Origin: the human T2T-CHM13v2.0 reference genome, Homo sapiens
Reading direction: 5' to 3' (one strand)
NCBI RefSeq assembly: GCF_009914755.1
Contig: NC_060933.1
Length of the DNA: 64,000 bases
Of this stretch, positions 57,645-64,000 are shown piece by piece. The notes under the pieces were generated by a model. It was given only the letters and a program-made list of their open reading frames with translations. It was not told the origin of the DNA and searched no databases. The translations under genes were made by a program, and so were the position numbers. How positions within the stretch are numbered: position 1 is the stretch's first letter; each line of letters opens with the position of its first letter.

Positions 57645-57785
57645 GGTTACACGCTAAAAAAAAAAAAAAAATTAGCCAGGTGTGGTGGTGTGCACTTGTA
57701 GTCCCAGCTATTGGGGGTGGGGCTGAGGTTAGAGGTTTTTTAGAGCCCAGGATGTGCAGTTTGCAGTGAGACCTGTCTCAAAACA
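55491..57785 (+). mobile_element. Host Alu split at its central A-rich linker by the SVA-containing insert
   Basis: Left arm 55491-55635; right arm resumes at 57667; AAAAATTAGCCAGGTGTGG is duplicated at both breakpoints. Confidence 0.9.
55668..57641 (+). mobile_element. Full-length SVA retrotransposon
   Basis: Short CCCTCT-like head; antisense Alu-like domain (~55740-56100); GC-rich VNTR (~56100-57110); SINE-R (~57110-57610); AATAAA at 57611; poly(A). Flanked by the 14-bp direct repeat AAAGGTTACACGCT (55654-55667, 57642-57655). Confidence 0.97.
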
Positions 57786-57885
57786 ACAATCAAAAACCAT
57801 TTCCAAGAAATAAATGCAATAAATATTGTGATGTTCCCTCTCTGTGTGTGTATTCTTACCACCTACTTGTGTGCTTATTTATTGA

Positions 57886-58150
<265 letters not shown>

Positions 58151-58724
58151 TGAACTCCTGACCTCAAAGATCCGCCTGCCTCAGCCTCCCAAAGTGCTGG
58201 GATTACAGGTGTGAGCCACTGCGCCTGGCCCCTATTGTTTAAATATAGTAATTTTATGAGAACTTACCTATTTTATTTTTGTATCTATTAAAAACATCAT
58301 TTTTGGCTGGGCATGGTGGTTCACACCTGTAATCATAGCACTTTGGGAGGTAGAGATGGGTGGATCACTTGAGGCCAGGAGTTCGAGACTAGTCTGAGCA
58401 ACATGATGAAACCCTGTTTATACAAAAAAATACGAAAATTAGCTGGGCATGGTGGCGTGCATCTGTAGTCCCAGCTACTTGGGAGGCTGAGGTGGAGAAT
58501 CACCTAAGCCTGGGGAGGTGGAGGTTGCAGTGAGCTACAATTGCACCACTGCACTCCAGCCTGCGCAACAGAGTGAGACCCACTCTCCAAAAAAAAAAAA
58601 AAAATTTTTTTCAAAGTAAAAAAAGTAATCTAATAGAGGAAAATGCTCCAGTCAGAGTGGCTTGGAATCTGTTTTAGTTCATAAAACTAGGGGCTGAGGT
58701 GAGAAAAAGAGGCTGAAACAAGCT

Positions 58725-58739
58725 GCTGCCCTCTGCTGC
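58725..58739 (-). promoter_or_regulatory. Candidate CTCF site
   Basis: GCAGCAGAGGGCAGC, one mismatch from the CCAGCAGAGGGC core, in non-repetitive sequence. Confidence 0.4.
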
Positions 58740-59384
58740 CTGGGACAGCAGCTTTTGTAACTCTCATACCCAGGAACCAGGCCAACATAGACATGGCCAC
58801 AAAACCAGGATCTGTGCCAAACATACAGGGCCATGACTGAATTCACAAAAACCCTAGATAAGGATGGTGAGAGCAGTGAGAAAGAAGGTTATAGCAAAAC
58901 AAAACAGAACGAAATTGCAAAACTTCCCACTCTAAGATGAACCTGCAAATAAATTTCCTCAACTTATTAAAATTAATTGTAGACAGGACAAATTCCCCAA
59001 CACCAACACCAAAAAAAAAAAAAAAAAAAAAACCAACCAAAAAAACAAACAAAATAAAATCCTCCATAATTAGGAGGGTAATTCACTATAGATAAATGCA
59101 AAGAAAAGAACAATCTTTAAAAGACCTTTTTCACAGATACTCTCAATCTAAGAAAAAAACAACAGAAATAAAAGGCTTCAACACAAGTATGCCTTGGATC
59201 CTCAAAGGGATAAAGGAAGAATAACAAATTGAATAAACGTAAAAAGAGATCTCGCGCATTGGCTCATGCCTATAATCCCAGCACTGTGGGAGGCCAAGAC
59301 AGGAGGATCATTTGAGGCCAGGGGTTTGAGAACAGCCTGGGAGATATAGTGAGACCCTGTCTCTAAATAAATAAAGAAAGAAAG

Positions 59385-60050
59385 AACACATATTCTTTGA
59401 TTCATCTCCCTCTGGGAAGTACAGCTCAATTTCTCTCTTATTCAGTATTGCCTGGACTCAGTGACTCACTTCTAATGCATAGAATTTGGAAAGGGAAAAA
59501 TAGCAACTGCACAATGGAGATACCACCTTAACCAAGTGATCAAGTTAACCTAAATAATAATGTCAGACTGATATCTTATAACCCCTTATATGATGTGATG
59601 AGAAGGGCACTTTACCTCTGTAGCATTCTTCCCCAAAATCTATAACCCTAGCTTAACAGAAAACATCAGATAAAAACCTAAATTGAGGAACATTAGACAA
59701 AATAACCTGCCCAGTACTCTTTACAAATGCCAAGGTCATGAGACAATGAAAGACTGAGTACAGTCACGGATTTGAGACTTGACAACTAGATTCAACATGG
59801 TGTCTTGGATTGGATTCTGAACAGAAAAAAAGAAAAAAGAAAAATTAAGGAAATCTGAATAAAGTTAATAGTATTATATCAAGTTTAGTTTCTTACTTTT
59901 GATAAATGTCTCAGTTATGCAAGACATTACGTAACTGTTAACATTAGGGAAAGCTGGGTGGAGGATAAACAAGAATTTGCTATGCTATCTCTGAAGCTCT
60001 TCTGTAAATCTAAAATTATTTCAAAATGAAAACTTTAAAAATTAAAAATA
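59385..60050 (+). mobile_element. Ancient L1 (L1MC/ME-type) 3'UTR fragment
   Basis: CACCTTAACCAAGTGATCAAG, GGATTGGATTCTGAACAGAAAA and CTTCTGTAAATCTAAAATTATTTCAAAAT 3' end. Confidence 0.7.
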
Positions 60051-60570
60051 AATGAATCAATTAGAAATCCTGAAAATAATTTCCTAAATGAAAAAAGTAA
60101 GTTATTGGTAATAAACCCTCAATAAACTAGATATACATTATCTTAGATGGACATAGACAAACAGAGTGTTAGTGAATTAGAAGATGGTTCTAAGGAAGTG
60201 GCTTAGAGAACAGCATACAAATTGACCAGGCACAGTGTTTCACGCTTGTAATCCTAGCACTTTGAGAGGCCGAGGTGGGCGAATCACCTGAGGTCAGGAG
60301 TTCGAGATCAGCCTGGACAACATGGTGAAACCCCATCTCTACTAAAAAATACAAAAATTAGCCAGACACAGTGGCGCATGCCTGTAATCCCAGCTACTCA
60401 GGAGGCTAAGGCTGGAGAATAGCTTGAACTGGGGAGGCGGATGCTGCAATGAGCCGAGATTGCACCACCGCACTCCAGGCCAGGCAACCGAGCGAGACTC
60501 CATCTCAAAAAAACCGAAAAACAAAAATTAGCTTGGTGTGGTGGCAGGTGCCTGTAATCCTAGCTGCTCA

Positions 60571-60741
<171 letters not shown>

Positions 60742-60744
60742 TTA

Positions 60745-62240
<1,496 letters not shown>

Positions 62241-62654
62241 GGTTATGTAAGAGAAGGTTCTGGCTTTTTTTTTTTTTTTTTTTTTGGAGGCTGAGTCTCG
62301 CTTTGTTGACCATGCTAGAGTGCAGTGGTGTGATCTCGGCTCAACCTCTGCCTCCCAAGCTCAAGCAATTCTTGTGCCTCAGCCTCCTGAATAGCTGGGA
62401 CTACAGGCCCCCACCACCACGCCCAGCTAATTTTTTGTATTTTAGTAGAGACAGGGTTTCACCATGTTGCCCAGGGTGGTCTTGAACTCCTGAGTTCAGT
62501 CAATCCACCTGCCTCGGCCTACCAAAGTGCTAGGATTGCAGGCGTGAGCCACAGTGCCCGGTTGGTCCTTGCTTTTAAGAAACCAACACTGGGCCGGGCG
62601 CGGTGGCTCACGCCTGTAATCCCAGCACTTTGGGAGGCTGAGGCAGGCGGATTA

Positions 62655-62945
<291 letters not shown>

Positions 62946-63284
62946 CTAATATTTCCAATTTATTGTCAGAGAAGTGAAAAAGATTCATTCCTTTAGCAAT
63001 CATTTCTTAGGCCCTACTGTGTGATACGTGTGGTGGGTGGGCAGAGATGTGACCTGGTCCTCCTCCCTGTCCTTAAGGAGCTCATAGACTAGTAGGGAAC
63101 CCATCCAACTAAAGCACTTGATAGTCTAAGGACCATAAGGAGTATGAACAGAGCTGTGGGAGCTCAGCAGAGGAAGAAGATCAAGAATGGCTCCTTAAAA
63201 GAAGTCACATAGGCCTAATGCTGTGGCTCACATCTGTAATCCCAGCACTTTGGGAGGCCGAGGCGGATGGATCACCTGAGGTCA

Positions 63285-63494
<210 letters not shown>

Positions 63495-63497
63495 TCA

Positions 63498-63779
<282 letters not shown>

Positions 63780-64000
63780 CTAATTGTTCCCCAATATCCC
63801 CACCTTTTAGTTAGTAATGGATTCCCCCTGAATTTTTTTTTTTTTTAATTTTTTGAGATGGAGTCTCACTCTATTGCCCAGGCTGGAGTGCAATGGCGCG
63901 ATCTTGGCTCACTGCAACCCTACTTCCTGGGTTCAAGTGATTCTCCTGCCTCAGCCTCCTGAGTAGCTGGGATTACAGGCACCCACTACCACGCCCGGCT

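Overview
Human (primate) genomic DNA, extremely Alu-rich, containing the complete DCAF12 (WDR40A; CRL4 substrate receptor) gene on the minus strand. Nine coding exons (45297 down to 6924) splice with GT/AG junctions into an intact 1362-nt, 453-aa ORF. The gene has a CpG-island promoter at ~45.0-45.9 kb and a ~2 kb 3'UTR. Other elements: a decayed, 5'-truncated beta-tubulin (TUBB4B-type) processed pseudogene in intron 2; a near full-length IMPDH1 processed pseudogene ~6 kb upstream; a full-length SVA inside an Alu; and LTR, Tigger, L1 and L2 relics. Almost all entries in the supplied ORF track are Alu/SVA or antisense artefacts. I see no evidence for a wholly new multi-gene system. The most unusual signals are: an SVA bracketed by two nested pairs of target-site duplications (probably carrying its parent's flanks); an overlapping uORF and a tandem anti-start-codon sequence in the DCAF12 leader; a candidate 18-nt poison microexon; and a fold-back repair scar in an Alu.
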